From Centroscyllium fabricii (Eukaryota): 51,517 nucleotides of DNA. Shown here piece by piece: positions 34,342 to 46,321 of this stretch (position 1 is the stretch's first letter; the number at the start of each line of letters is the position of its first letter). The translations under genes and the position numbers were made by a program. The stretch covers positions 62,001 to 113,517 of the forward strand of contig JBNRSN020000770.1 in the NCBI GenBank assembly GCA_051313645.2. Reading direction: 5' to 3'. The notes beneath the pieces are model-generated. The model made no database searches. It was not told the DNA's origin and saw nothing but the letters and a program-made list of their open reading frames with translations.

Positions 34342-36579
34342 TGTAACGTTGGGGTGTGGGGCCCAAATGCAAAGACACTGAAAAGGCTGTCTAGAGCTAG
34401 AACTCCTTTATTACTTATAAATTACAGAAAACATAATGAAAATGCATCCATACCATACAAACTATATAAACATATAAACAAGTATTCAACAGAAACCTGG
34501 CACAAGCTTAATACAGAAACTGCTTATATGTAGTAGTAATGAAAAGTCCAAATACTGAGTACAGATGATGCAAACAATGTCCAACTCTACCCCCAGAACA
34601 CTCGGCCAAGAGCATCCCTGGATATAGTCTTCCACGAAGAAGTAGGAAACCGGTCTTCCTCAGAACTCCCAGGACACTCGGCCAACAGTATCCCTGGATG
34701 TAGCCCTCCTCGGAGAAATCGGAAACAGGTCTTCCTCTAAACTCCCAGGACACTTGACAAAGAGCATCCTGAATATAGAAAAGATCTCATTGCAGCAGAA
34801 CTGAAATGTCCAAATATTGGAGTACCGGTAGTAGAAGGCAATGTCCAGAATAAGAGATGGAACTCTCCTAGAGTCCGCCCTACAGCAGGAACTCATCTCT
34901 ACCAGAGTCTTCAGAAGGAGAAATCCCTTATTCAACTAGCAGGGAAAAGCCCTACCAACACAGCCTCCTTCGGAGCTCTAGAGTCTTCAGATCATAACAA
35001 GCAATGTCCATAAAGTATAAAATGGAAAGTCCAAACCTGATTACAGGTGATGAAGAACAGTGTCCAGAAAGTAGAATTTAGGAATCTTCCAGAGTCCACC
35101 CTTCAATAGGAACTCACACTTCCCAGAGTCTTCTGAAGAAGAAATCCAAAACCACAGCTCACTGCCTCCCACGGGGCTAGAAACACCTCCTGTGTGTCCT
35201 AGTACTGCAAAGTGTTACAAGCTCACTTGGTAGAATAAAGAGCTATAATGATCCGGCGACTCCCTAGCCAAAGCACCCAGCTTATAAGCTGAGCAAGCAA
35301 ACAAGAATACATTAATGCTAGCCAATAAGATTGCAGGTATTGATAACCAGGAACACACAGGTATGTGAACAGTTAATTGAGGTACAATGAACCAACACAG
35401 AAATTCAAAATGGATTCCTTAAAGGGGAATGCATCTGTGACATAATTCCAAAATGGATTCCCTAAAGGGGAATGCATCTGAGACAGAACCCCCCCCCCCT
35501 CAAAGGACGACTGCTGACGTCCCAAGTACCCAAATACCGAAAATAAGGTGGGTGGAGGGGTGCTGAGGAGGGACCAACCGTCCTCCAGGTATAAAAGAAT
35601 CCGAGGATCTAGACGCTTCAGTGTCTGCGGGGCCCCTAATCTGGCCGGATTATTCTGTAACGCTGAGTGGTGGGGCCCAAACGCAAAGACACTGAATAAC
35701 GCTATCTAGAGCTAGAACTCCTTTATTACATATAAATTACAGAAACCCTAATCTAATGCATCCATACCATACAAAATATATAAACATATATACAAGTCTT
35801 CAACAGAAAACTGGCACAAGCTTAATACAGAAACTGCTTATATGTAGTAGTAATGAAAAGTCCAAATACTGAGTACAGATGATGCAAACAATGTCCAACT
35901 CTACCCCCAGAACACTCGGCCAAGAGCATCCCTGGATATAGTCTTCCACGAAGAAGTAGGAAACCGGTCTTCCTCAGAACTCCCAAGACACTCAGCCAAC
36001 AGCATCCCTGGATGTAGCCCTCCTCGGAGAAATCGGAAACAGGTCTTCCTCTAAACTCCCAGGACACTTGACAAAGAGCATCCTGAATATAGAAAAGACC
36101 TCATTGCAGCAGAACTGAAAGGTCCAAATATCTGAGTAACGGTAGTAGAAGGCAATGTTCAGAAAAAGCGATGGAACTCTCCCAGAGTCCGCCCTTCAAC
36201 AGGAACTCATCTCTTCCCAGAGTCTTCTGAAGAAGAAATCCAAAACCACAGCTCACTGCCTCCCACGGGGCTAGAAACACCTCCTGTGTGTCCTAGTACT
36301 GCAAAGTGTTACAAGCTCACTTGGTAGAAAAAAGAGCTATAATGATCCGGCGACTCCCTAGTCAAAGCACCCAGCTTATAAGCTGAGCAAGCAAACACGA
36401 ATTCATTAATGCTAGCCAATAAGATTGCAGGTATTGATAACCAGGAACACACAGGTATGTGAACAGTTAATTGAGGTACAATGAACCAACACAGAAATTC
36501 AAAATGGATTCCTTAAAGGGGAATGCATCTGTGACAGAATTCCAAAATGGATTCCCTAAAGGGGAATGCATCTGTGACA
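34342..36579 (-). mobile_element. Non-autonomous LTR mini-element: LTR 35656-36579, 170-bp internal region (PBS + PPT), LTR 34342-35485
   Basis: Two long direct repeats with TG..CA ends; PBS GAATAATCCGGC next to the 5' LTR; 35486-35580 matches the chromovirus 3'UTR/PPT (32655-32744); no coding relic; no TSD. Confidence 0.85.
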
Positions 36580-39500
36580 CTACACCTGACTCCAGTGCCT
36601 CACTACCCAGTCTGGGCCTACACCTGACTCTAGTCCCTTGTCCCGGTCTGATCCTGCACCAAACTCCATTCCCTCACTACCCAGTCTGGGCCTACACCTG
36701 ACTCCACTCCCTGACTCCCCAGTCAGGGTCTACAACTGACTCCAGTCCCGCGATACCTGGTCTGGGCCTACACATGACTCCAGCCCTCGCTACTCGGTCT
36801 GGGCCAAAAACTGACTCCAGCCCCTCACTAACCGGTGTGATCCTGCACCTGACTCCATTCCCTCAATATCTAGACTGGGCCTGCCCATGACTCCAGTCCC
36901 TGAGTACCCACTCTGTGTTTACACCTGACTCCAGTCCATCGATACCCGGTCTGGGCCTACAACTGACTCCAGCCCCTCAATACCCGGTCTGAGCCTGCAC
37001 CTGACACCTGTCCCTCACTTTCTGGGTTGAGCCTGCACCTGAAACCAGTCTCTCAGTACACAGTCTGGGCCTGAAAATGACTCCAGCCCATGACTACACG
37101 TCTGGGTTTACACCTGACTCCAGTCTCTCACTACGCGTTCTGGGCCTACACCTGACTCCAGTCCCTCACTACACGTTCTGGGCCTACACCTGACATCAGA
37201 CCCTCACAAACTGGTCTGGGCCTACACCTGAATCCAGTCCCTCACTGCACGTTCTGGGCCTACACCTGAATCCAGCTCAACACTATGCTGTCTGGGTTTA
37301 CACCTGACTCCAGTCCCTCAATACACTTTCTGTGCCTGCACCTGACTCCAGTCCCTCACTACACTGTCTGCGCCTACACCTGACTCCAGTCCCTCACGAC
37401 CGAGTCTGGGCCTGCACCGGACTCCAGTCCCTCACGACACGGTCTGGGCCGACACCTGACTCCAGTCCCTCACTATCCAGTCTGGGTCTGCACATGACTA
37501 CTGTCCCTCACTACACGGTCCGGGCCTTCACCTAACTCATGTCCCTCACTACACTGTCTGTGCCTACACCTGACTCCAGTCCCTCACGACCGAGTCTGGG
37601 CCTACACCTGACTGCAGTCCCTCACGATACGGTCCGGGCCTTCACCTGACGCCAGTCACTCACTACACAGTCCAGGCCTTCACCTGACTCCAGTCCCTCA
37701 CGACCGAGTCTGGGCCTGCACCTGACTCCAGTCCCTCAGGACCAAGTCTGGGCCTGCACCTTACTCCAGTCCCTCACGACACGTTCCGGGCCTTCACCTG
37801 ACTCATGTCCCTCACGACACAGTCCAGGCCTTCACCTGACTCCAGTCCCTCAGGACCAAGTCTGGGCCTGCACCTTACTCCAGTCCCTCACGACACAGTC
37901 CGGGCCGACACCTGACTCCAGTCCCTCACTACACTGTCTGCGCCTACACCCGACTCCAGTCCATCACGACACGGTCCGGGCCTTCATCTGACTCCAGTCC
38001 CTCACGACACGGTCCGGGCCTTCACCTGACGCCAGTCCCTCACGACAATGTCCGGGCCTTCACCTGACTCATGTCCCTCACTACACTGTCTGCACCTACA
38101 CCCGACTCCAGTCCATCATGACACGGTCCGGGCCTTCATCTGACTCCAGTCCCTCACGACACGGTCCGGGCATTCACCTGACGCCAGTCCCTCACGACAA
38201 TGTCCGGGCGTTCACCTGACTCATGTCGCTCACTACACTGTCTGCGCCTACACCTGACTCCAGTCCCTCACTACCAGGTTGCGCCTACACCTGACTCCAG
38301 TCTCTCACGACCGAGCCTGGGCCTGCACCAGAATCCAGTCGCTCACTATCCGGTCTGGGCCTACACGTGAGTCAATCCCCACATTAACTTGTCTGGGCTT
38401 ACACCTGTCTTCAGACATTCGTTACCCAGTCTGGAAATCAACCTGATACCAGTCCGTGGTTACCCAGTCAGCACCTACACCTGATTCCAGTCCCTCACTA
38501 CCCGGTTTGGACAGACAACTGACTCCAGTCCCTCGATACCAGGTCTGGGCATACACATGATTCCAGTCCCTCACTATGTGGTCTGAGACTTCTTCTGATT
38601 GCAGTCCCCGACAGACTGGTCTGGGCCTGCACCTGACTGCATTCCCTCACTACCCAGTCTGGGTCCACACCTGGCTCCAGTCCCTCGATACCCGAAGCGG
38701 GACTGCACCTCACTCCAGACTCTCGGTACCCGTTCTGAGGCTGCACATGACTCCAGCCACTCACTACGCAGTCTGGGCCGACACCTAACGGCAGTCACTC
38801 GATACCCGTTCTGGGATTAAACCTGACTCCTGTCCCTCGATACCCGGCCTAGGCCAAAACCTGACTCCAGTCCCTCGGTACCCGGTCTGGGACAAAACCT
38901 CACTCCAGTCCCTCGGTACCCAGTCTGAGCCTACAGCTGACTCAAGTCCCTCACTACCCAGTCTGGGACTAAACCAGAAACCAGTCCCTCACTTCCCATT
39001 CTGGGCCTGCACATGACTCCTGTCCCTCACTACCCGGTCTGGGTTTACACCTGGCTCCAGTGCCTCACGACCCAGTCTGGGCCTACACCTGACTCCAGTC
39101 CATCAGTACCTCGTCCGTGGTCGACACCTGACTCCTGTCCCTCACTCTCCGGTTCGGGCGTACACATGACTCCAATCCCTCACGACCTGGTTTTGGCCTA
39201 CACCTGAATCCAGTCGCTCAATACCCGGTCTGGTCCTACACATGAGTCCATCCCCACATTAACCTGTCTGGGCTTACATCTGTCTTCAGGCATTCGTCAC
39301 CCAGTCTGGAAAAGCACCTGACACCAGACCCTGGTTACCCAATCAGCGCCTACACCTGCTTCCAGTCCCTCACTACCCGGTCTGTGCCTACACCTAACTC
39401 CATTCCCTCAAGACCCAGTCTGGGCCAGCAAAAGGCTCCAGTCCATCTCTACCAAGTCTAGGCCTACACCGGACTCCATTCCCTCACGCCCGGTCTGGGC

Positions 39501-40305
39501 GTACACCGGATTCCATTCCCTCATGACCCAGTCTGGCCTACACCTGAATCCATTCACTCACTACTCAACCTTGGCCAGCAGAAGGCTCCAGTCCACACAA
39601 CCAAGTCTAGGCCTACACCTGACTCCAGTCCCTCAAATCCCGGCCTGGGCCTCCACCTGATTCCAGTCCCCCGTGACCCAGTCTGGGCTAACGGCTGACT
39701 GCATTACCTCGCTATCCAATTTGGGCTTGCCAATGACTCCAGTCCACCACAACCAAGTCTAGGCCTACAACTGCCTCCAGTACCTCGATACCCGGCCTGG
39801 CCTATACCTGACTCAAGTCCCTCACTAAACTGGCCGGGATTTCCACCTGACTCCATTCCCTCACTAGCCAAACTGGGCCTGCAAATGACTCAATTCCATC
39901 ACAACCAAGTCTAGGCCTACACCTGGTTCCAGTCCCTCACTAACCGCTTTGGACCTACAACGGACTCCAGCCCCTTGATTCCTGGCCTGGGCCTACACAT
40001 GACTCCAGTCCCTCGATACCTGGTCTGGGCCACCAACTGACTCCAGCCCCTCACTACCCTGTGTGATCCTGCACCTGACTCCATTCCCTCACTACCCAGA
40101 CTGGGCCTGCATCTGACTCCAGTCCCTCACTACCCAATCTGGGCCTGCAATTGACTCCAGTCCATCACTCCCACGTCTAGGCTTACACCTGACTCCAGAG
40201 CCGCAATACCCGGTCTGAGCCTACCCCTAACTCCAGCCCCTAATTACCCGGTCTGGGCATGTACATGATGCCAGTCCCTCACTACCCGATCCGATCCGGG
40301 CCTTC
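36580..40305. repeat. 38-bp degenerate tandem satellite (~98 units)
   Basis: Consensus GTCTGGGCCTACACCTGACTCCAGTCCCTCACTACCCG. Confidence 0.95.
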
Positions 40306-40539
40306 ACTTTCGGTCCTGTCAGTCATAATGGGCATTGTGTGTTGGAGAAAGGGTATTGACAGGTAATTGGCTCCTATATCAGTAGTGGGTCAGTATTGGG
40401 AAAATCTGTTATGTATAATAACGAAATGTTACAATTGTAAATTGGGTGCAGTACCAGAGAGACCGGTTCCCGGCTAAATGGGCCTCAGTGAATTATAGTT
40501 GCACAACCATAATTTGAGGAACACGTCTCCGCTTTAAGG

Positions 40540-41270
40540 ATTCCAGCGCGCAGACTCGCCACTGAAGCATAATGATGTAATCACGCAGGGCAGGGAATGA
40601 TGTAATGTTGCTGGGCGCCAATTGAGGACAGAGGCTGCATCTGGATTGGTGGAATTGCAGCGGCTACACGCAGCGATTGGTTCACTGAGCTGTCGATCAG
40701 CGTGTGGTCTGGGAGGCGGGAGGTGAGCTGCTCAGGTGCTGGAGCGACCGTTTGATTGGTTGGCGAGTTGTCTATCATCGAACGGGTGGGCGGATCCCCC
40801 AGAATGACGCTCGCAATTGATTGGGGCGGCTGTCATTCAAGCAACTGGCGGCTGTGATTGATCAGCGGGACCCTCAGTGGGCGGGCCTGGGGTATGAGGG
40901 GCGGTAACCCATCAGAGCTGGAGGCGGAGGCAGAGCCCCGGGATCGGGCAGGTGGAGGAAGAGGAGGTACGATCACAGACCAGGCGGCCCCACCGGGGTG
41001 CGGTTCCCAATCCTCACCATGGCCCTGCCCCGGGACTAGGCTTCAAACCTCCAGACAGAGGTGGAGGAGGAGGATGGAGAATCGGGCAGAGAAGTCCAGA
41101 AAACCCAGAGAGTGGGAAGAATTTCGAGGGCCTGGAAAACCCTCTCCTCTTTCTCCTCTCTGGTGGAAATTCCCACCTCTGGACTTCACAATGGGAGCTT
41201 CCTATGTAAACATGTCACGCTTCAATTCCCACTCGTGCCAGAGCGGCTGCTGCAGAAGCTGAGATTACGT
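40540..41270. promoter_or_regulatory. CpG-rich promoter-like island with CCAAT and GC boxes
   Basis: CCAAT/ATTGG at 40618, 40645, 40676, 40755, 40820; several GGGCGG; no recognisable TE or protein. Confidence 0.5.
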
Positions 41271-41279
41271 CGAATATAC

Positions 41280-41503
41280 GCACAGCAAGAGACCATTCAG
41301 TCCAACCATTCCATGCCGGGATTAATGCTCCACTCGAGCCTCCTCCCATCTTTCCTCATCTAATTCTATCAGCAAAACCCTCTATTTCCTTTCCCCTCCT
41401 ATGCCTTTCTAGCCTACCCTTAAATGCATCAACACTGTTCGCTTCAACCACTCCCTGTGGCAGTGAGTTCCTCATTCTCGTCAGTCTCTGGGTAAAGAGG
41501 TTT
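41280..41503 (-). mobile_element. Old CR1 3' end, piece 1 (host of two LTR elements)
   Basis: LFTQRLTRMRNSLPQGVVEANSVDAFKGRLE; continues at 46040. Confidence 0.85.
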
Positions 41504-41982
41504 TGTTGTGTTCGCTGGTGGGCGAAAGAACTCCTGAGACTGATGAACAGCAAACAACCTTCTTTATTCGTTCACATTACAGAGAGAGCGTTTCGCTCCC
41601 TTGCGCTTGAATTAGTAGCCCCCGTGACGTCAGCATGCATGGGTGCGATGACGTCGGCGTATCTGCGTGTTTGTGCGCATCGGTCACGTTGTGCGCATGC
41701 GCGGGGACATCTTGGCATCATCATGCATGTGCGCGACGACGTAGGCGTGTCAGCATCGGCATCGAGGGAGTAGCACACCTCGGGTCCCGTGCATCCAGAG
41801 TCCGTGAGTCCGGCGGATTCGCCGTTCAGTCCGTGGCGATCCGCCACAGAGTTCCCCCCTGAATCCATTTAGGAGGAATGGACGAGTCGTTGCGGCGGTC
41901 TGATGGGTCGGCCGGAGCGGCTCTTAGCTGGAGATGGCTGGAGAGTCATGGTCGGGTGAGCTGGCTGTCCGGCAGGTCGACC

Positions 41983-44959
41983 TCATGGCGTTGGGTGGGC
42001 AATTAGTGTGGTTTCGCCGGGCTCAGTGTGCGCCGGCTTGAGTCTGTCGATCGACACAGTTTCAGTTCTGTTGCCCACCTGTAGTTGGAAAAACTTGTCC
42101 CCCGCCTGAAGCACATTGTATGGTCCGTCATATGGCGGCTGCAGAGGCTGTGTGTCGTAATGGACGAAGACGAACCGCGCCTGGTGTAGGCTAAGTGGGA
42201 CATGCGAGGTTGTTTCGCTGTGCCGGGACACAGGTACCAGGGTGAACTGTTGCGCCGAAGTGGCGAAGTCGAGGCGTTGCTGGTCGGCTGACCAGGGTGT
42301 CGTGGCAGCAGGCAGGAACATGCCGGGTACGTGCAGCGGCTGGCCGTAGACGGCTCCGCTGCCGATGTGTGGAGGTCTTCTTTGACTGTGGATCGGAAGC
42401 CAAGTAAAACCCATGGGAGGCGGTCAGTCCAGGAGTTCCCCCTGAGGCCGGCATGTAGAGAAGCTTTCATGGATCTGTGGAAGCGTTCACACAGACCGTT
42501 GGCTGGTGGGTGGTACGCCATGGTGTGGTGCAAGGTCACCCCGAGGCTCTTAGCGACGGCAGTCCACAGTGCTGAGGTGAACTGGGGCCCTCTGTCGGAC
42601 GTGATGTCGGCGGGCATGCCGAATCGGGCGACCCACATGGCGGTGAAGGCTCTGGCGATGTCCGCAGTGGTGGTGGAGGCCAGTGCTATTGCTCCGGGCC
42701 AGCGAGTGGTGCGGTCCACGATAGTGAGCAAGTGGGTGTTGCCCTGTGAAGGTAGCAGGGGTCCCACGATATCCACGTGGATGTGGTCAAATTTTCGTGC
42801 GGGGACGTCGATCTGCCCGAGGGGTGCTTTTGTGTGCTGGTGCACCTTTGCCCGTTTGCAAGCCATGCAGGAGTTGGCCCAAGTACGAACATCTTTACTA
42901 AGGCTGCGCCAGACAAAGCGTTTGGCTACCAATTTGAGGGATGCGCAGGCGCCGGGGTGGGAGAGGTTGTGGAGCGTTTCGAATATGTGCCTGCGCCAGG
43001 ATGCTGGGACGGCGGGCCGGGGTTGCAGCAGGGTAACATCACACTTGGCGTTAGTGGCAGTGAGGCTGCAGGCAACGGTGGCCAAGCACAGGCTGGGTAG
43101 CGTGGTGGGCGCGGAGAGCATGTCCGAGTCTGTGATCTGGTACACTGCGAGTTGGGCGTAGTCAACTGCCAGGTGAGTGGTGTTGATGGTTGCGTGGGAG
43201 AGGCACTCGGCAACCATGTTGTCTCGGCTGGAGATGTGTTGGATGTCGGTGGTGAATTCAGACACGGTCGCGCGCTGGCGCTGCTGTCTGGTGGACCAGG
43301 GTTCGGCTGTCTTTGCCATCGCGAATGTCAGGGGTTTGTGCTCAACAAAGGCAGTGAATGGGTAGCCTTCCAGCAAAAACCGGAAATGACGGACTGCCAG
43401 GGAGAGGGCAAAGTGCTCGTGGTTGCAGGTGCTGTATTTCACTTCTGGTGGGCGCAGCTGGCGGCTGAAGAAGGCGAGGGGTTGCCAGGTGCAGTCAACC
43501 CACTGCTCATATACAGCACCGACCGCGTAGTCGGAGGCGTCCATGGTGAGCGCCACCTTGGCGTTGGGCCATGGGTGTGCAAGCAGGGAGGCGTTGGCTA
43601 GTGCGGACTTGGTGGAGTCGAAGGCGGCGTTTGTTTGCGCCGTCAATTCGACCGCCATTTTGCCACACTTCCCGCGGAGGGCTTGGGAGAGGGGGCCCAT
43701 GAGGGATCCCGCTTTAGGGATAAAACGGTTGTAAAAGTTCACCATCCCGAGGAACACTTGGAGGCCCTGGACGGTGGTGGGATGGTGGAATTGTTGGACG
43801 GCTTGTACATTTGTGGGCAGGGGAATGGCCCCGGCCTGGGTTATGCGGTGGCCGAGGAAGTCGATCTGGTCGAGACCGAACTGGCACTTGGCGGGGCTGA
43901 GGATGAGGCCGTGTTCGCTGAGGCATGTGAACAGGGCCTTAAGGTGTTCGAGGTGATCCTGCTTGGAGGAACTGGCTACCAGGATGCCGTCCAGGTAGAT
44001 GAACAGGAACTTCAGGTCACGTAGGACCGAGTCCATGAGCCGCTGGAACGCCTGCGCCGCGTTTTTGAGGGTGAAGGGCATCCGCAAGAACTCGAACAGC
44101 CCAAAGGGGGTGATGACTGCGGTCATCGGGATGTCGCGGCATGGACGGGTACCTAGTGGTAGCCACGCACCAGGTCGACTTTGGAGAAGACTGAGCAGTT
44201 GGCCAGTCTGGCCGAAAAGTCCTGGATGTGCGGAACTGGGTACCGATCTGGCGTAGTGGCGTCATTGAGGCGGCGGTAATCCCCGCATGGGCGCCAGCCC
44301 CCGTCGGGTTTGGGGGCGATTTGGAGCAGTGAGGCCCAAGGGCTGTTGGAGCGGCGGATGATGCCGAGTTGCTCCATGGTGGCAAACTCGTTCCGTGCGA
44401 ACTCCAACTTGGCTGGGTCTAGCCTGCGGGCGTGGGCGTGCACCGGTGGGCCGGTGGTGGGGATAAAATGCTCTACCCCGTGCTCGGCTACCTTGGCGGT
44501 GAACGTCGGGTTGGTGAGGGACGGGAATTCAGACAGAAGTGCCGAGTAAGCGTCTGTGGCCCGGGCATGGCACAGTGCGGCCATGTTGGCGGGCTGGGCA
44601 GGGGCCGTGGCGCCTGGGATGGGGGTCATGGAGTTGATGTCCATGAGGCGGCGCCGGCGCATGTCGACCAGCAGTCCGTGGGCGCATAGGATTTCTGCGC
44701 CGATGATTGGCGAGAGTATCTTGGCGGTGAAAAACTCCCATGTATAGCAGCTCCCTGCGAGATGGAGTTGGACCATGCGGGTGCCGTACATCCGGATGTT
44801 GGACCGTTGGCCGGGCCTCGCGTGCCTGTTTTGATTTTGAGTTCAGAGGCGGGCACAATGCTATGCTGGGCCCCGGTGTCGCAAAGGAAGCAGCGTCTGG
44901 TTTTGCCAACCGTGATGTACAGGAGGCATCCAGCGTGCCCTACGGACATGGTGGGGGCT
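41983..44959 (-). pseudogene. pol: CsRn1-like pol (PR, RT, RH, IN), frameshifted, catalytic YLDD changed to YLDG
   Basis: FLCDTGA; WRPCGDYRRLN, FSKVDLVRGYH; DASDYAVGAV; HVDIVGPL, TSDRGPQF, NGLCERFHR; PYDGPY. Confidence 0.92.
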
Positions 44960-45651
44960 GATGTATGTGCGGTCTTGAAGGTGCAGTGTTGCATGCACCG
45001 TTGCGCCCTGGCATCGAACCGGGTGTGGTAATAGCAGTATCCTGGATTCGGCGGGTTTGGGGAATGTGGCGGTCATGTGGGCCTATTGTCTGGTCCTGGC
45101 GACCGCGTGGTGGGAGTGGCTGGTCGTGCCGTGGCGGTGGCTGCCAAGTCCGTGTTGCCATGGCCCTGTTGTCCCGCCATCAGTCTGTCGGCCAGACTGG
45201 CGTCCGAACTCCAGAACCTGGCAGACCTAGCAACGATTGTGGGGCGGATGCTGGGGATAAGCTGGTGTATAATGAGCGTCCAGAAGAGGGATCCCGGTGG
45301 ACTCTCGTCTGTGAGCGAGAGCATGTGGGAGAGGAGGCGCGATGGTGAAGCGTCACCAAGGCCCTGGAGGGCAAGGAGCTGGCTGCAGCGCTGGTAATGG
45401 GAGGTAGTGAACCTTTTAAGGAGCGCGGCTTTAAGATGTGTGTCCTTGCCCTGCTGCGGTGGATTCTGAAGCTCTGCCCAGACTTCCGTCACCGTGGAGC
45501 TCCCCAGTGAAGCGACGAGGTAGTCGTACCACACGTCTTCTCCATTGACCCGGTGTAGTCTGAACCGGGATTCTGCCTGAGCAAACCAGGCTTGGGGCTG
45601 ATGTACCCAAAACTCAGGCAGCCGGACCATGGCTGTGCTTGCATCTACCAT
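44960..45651 (-). pseudogene. gag: CsRn1-like gag
   Basis: VRLPEFWVHQPQAWFAQAESRF; CYYHTRFDARAQRCMQHC at ~44985-45040 after a frame break. Confidence 0.85.
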
Positions 45652-46039
45652 CGTTGTGTTCGGAATGCGTTCCGAACGTCGGGGTCACCGATGTTGTGTT
45701 CGCTGGTGGGCGAAAGAACACCTGAGACCGAGTAACAGCAAACAACCTTCTTTATTCGTTCACATTACAGAGAGAGCGTTTCGCGCCCTTGCGCTTGAAT
45801 AAGTAGCCCAGTGACGTCATCACGCATGTGCGCGATGACGTCGGCGCGTCTGTGTGTTTGTGCACATCGGGCATGTTGTGCGCATGCACGGGGATGTCTT
45901 GGCATCATCATGCATGTGCGCGACGATGTAGGTGCGTCGGCACCAGCCTCGAGGGAGTGGCGCACCTCGGGGCCGGTGCCTCCAGAGTCCGTGAGTCCGG
46001 TGGATTCGCCGGTCAGTCCGTGGTGATACGCCACAGTTT

Positions 46040-46321
46040 CTACTGAATTCCCTGTTTGATTTCTTGGTGACTACATTATATTGAAGGGCTCTCGTCTTGT
46101 TCTTCCCCACAAGGGCACACATTCTCTCTCTACCGACTCCATCAAAGTTTATCATATTTTTCACACCTCCGCCTTTCCAACCTGTCCATCCTTTCCTGAT
46201 CGGTACACCACCGCATTTCTGGTATTATCCTTGTGAATCTTCTCCGCACCCTCTCCAGTGCCTCTATATCCTTTTTGTAATATGGCGACCAGAACTGTAA
46301 GCTAAGTCTGGACTAACCAAG
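46040..46321 (-). mobile_element. Old CR1, piece 2 (continues at 51490-51517)
   Basis: Reversed QFWSPYYKKDIEALERVRRRFTRII; joins ...CTAACCAAG|GTTCGATAC across the Mag-like element. Confidence 0.85.

Larger units (their letters stand above)
41504..46035 (-). mobile_element. Full-length Ty3/Gypsy element, CsRn1/Kabuki-like clade, decayed
   Basis: LTRs 41504-41848 and 45692-46035; 4-bp TSD GTTT; PBS (C)GGTGACCCCGACGT matching tRNA-Trp at ~45676-45690; PPT AGGGGGGAA; CHCC knuckle. Confidence 0.93.

Noticed and set aside
36580-40305. CRISPR array or repetitive protein (several 60-88 aa ORFs)
   Set aside because: The 38-bp unit is not a multiple of 3, frequent TGA stops occur, and there are no spacers; the ORFs are chance read-throughs.
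40858-41363. Protein-coding ORFs in the CpG island
   Set aside because: Overlapping low-complexity frames with non-ATG starts and no domain; expected from GC richness.
42331-45397. Long plus-strand ORFs (e.g. 276 aa at 42331)
   Set aside because: Antisense shadows of a GC-rich gag-pol with no recognisable motifs.
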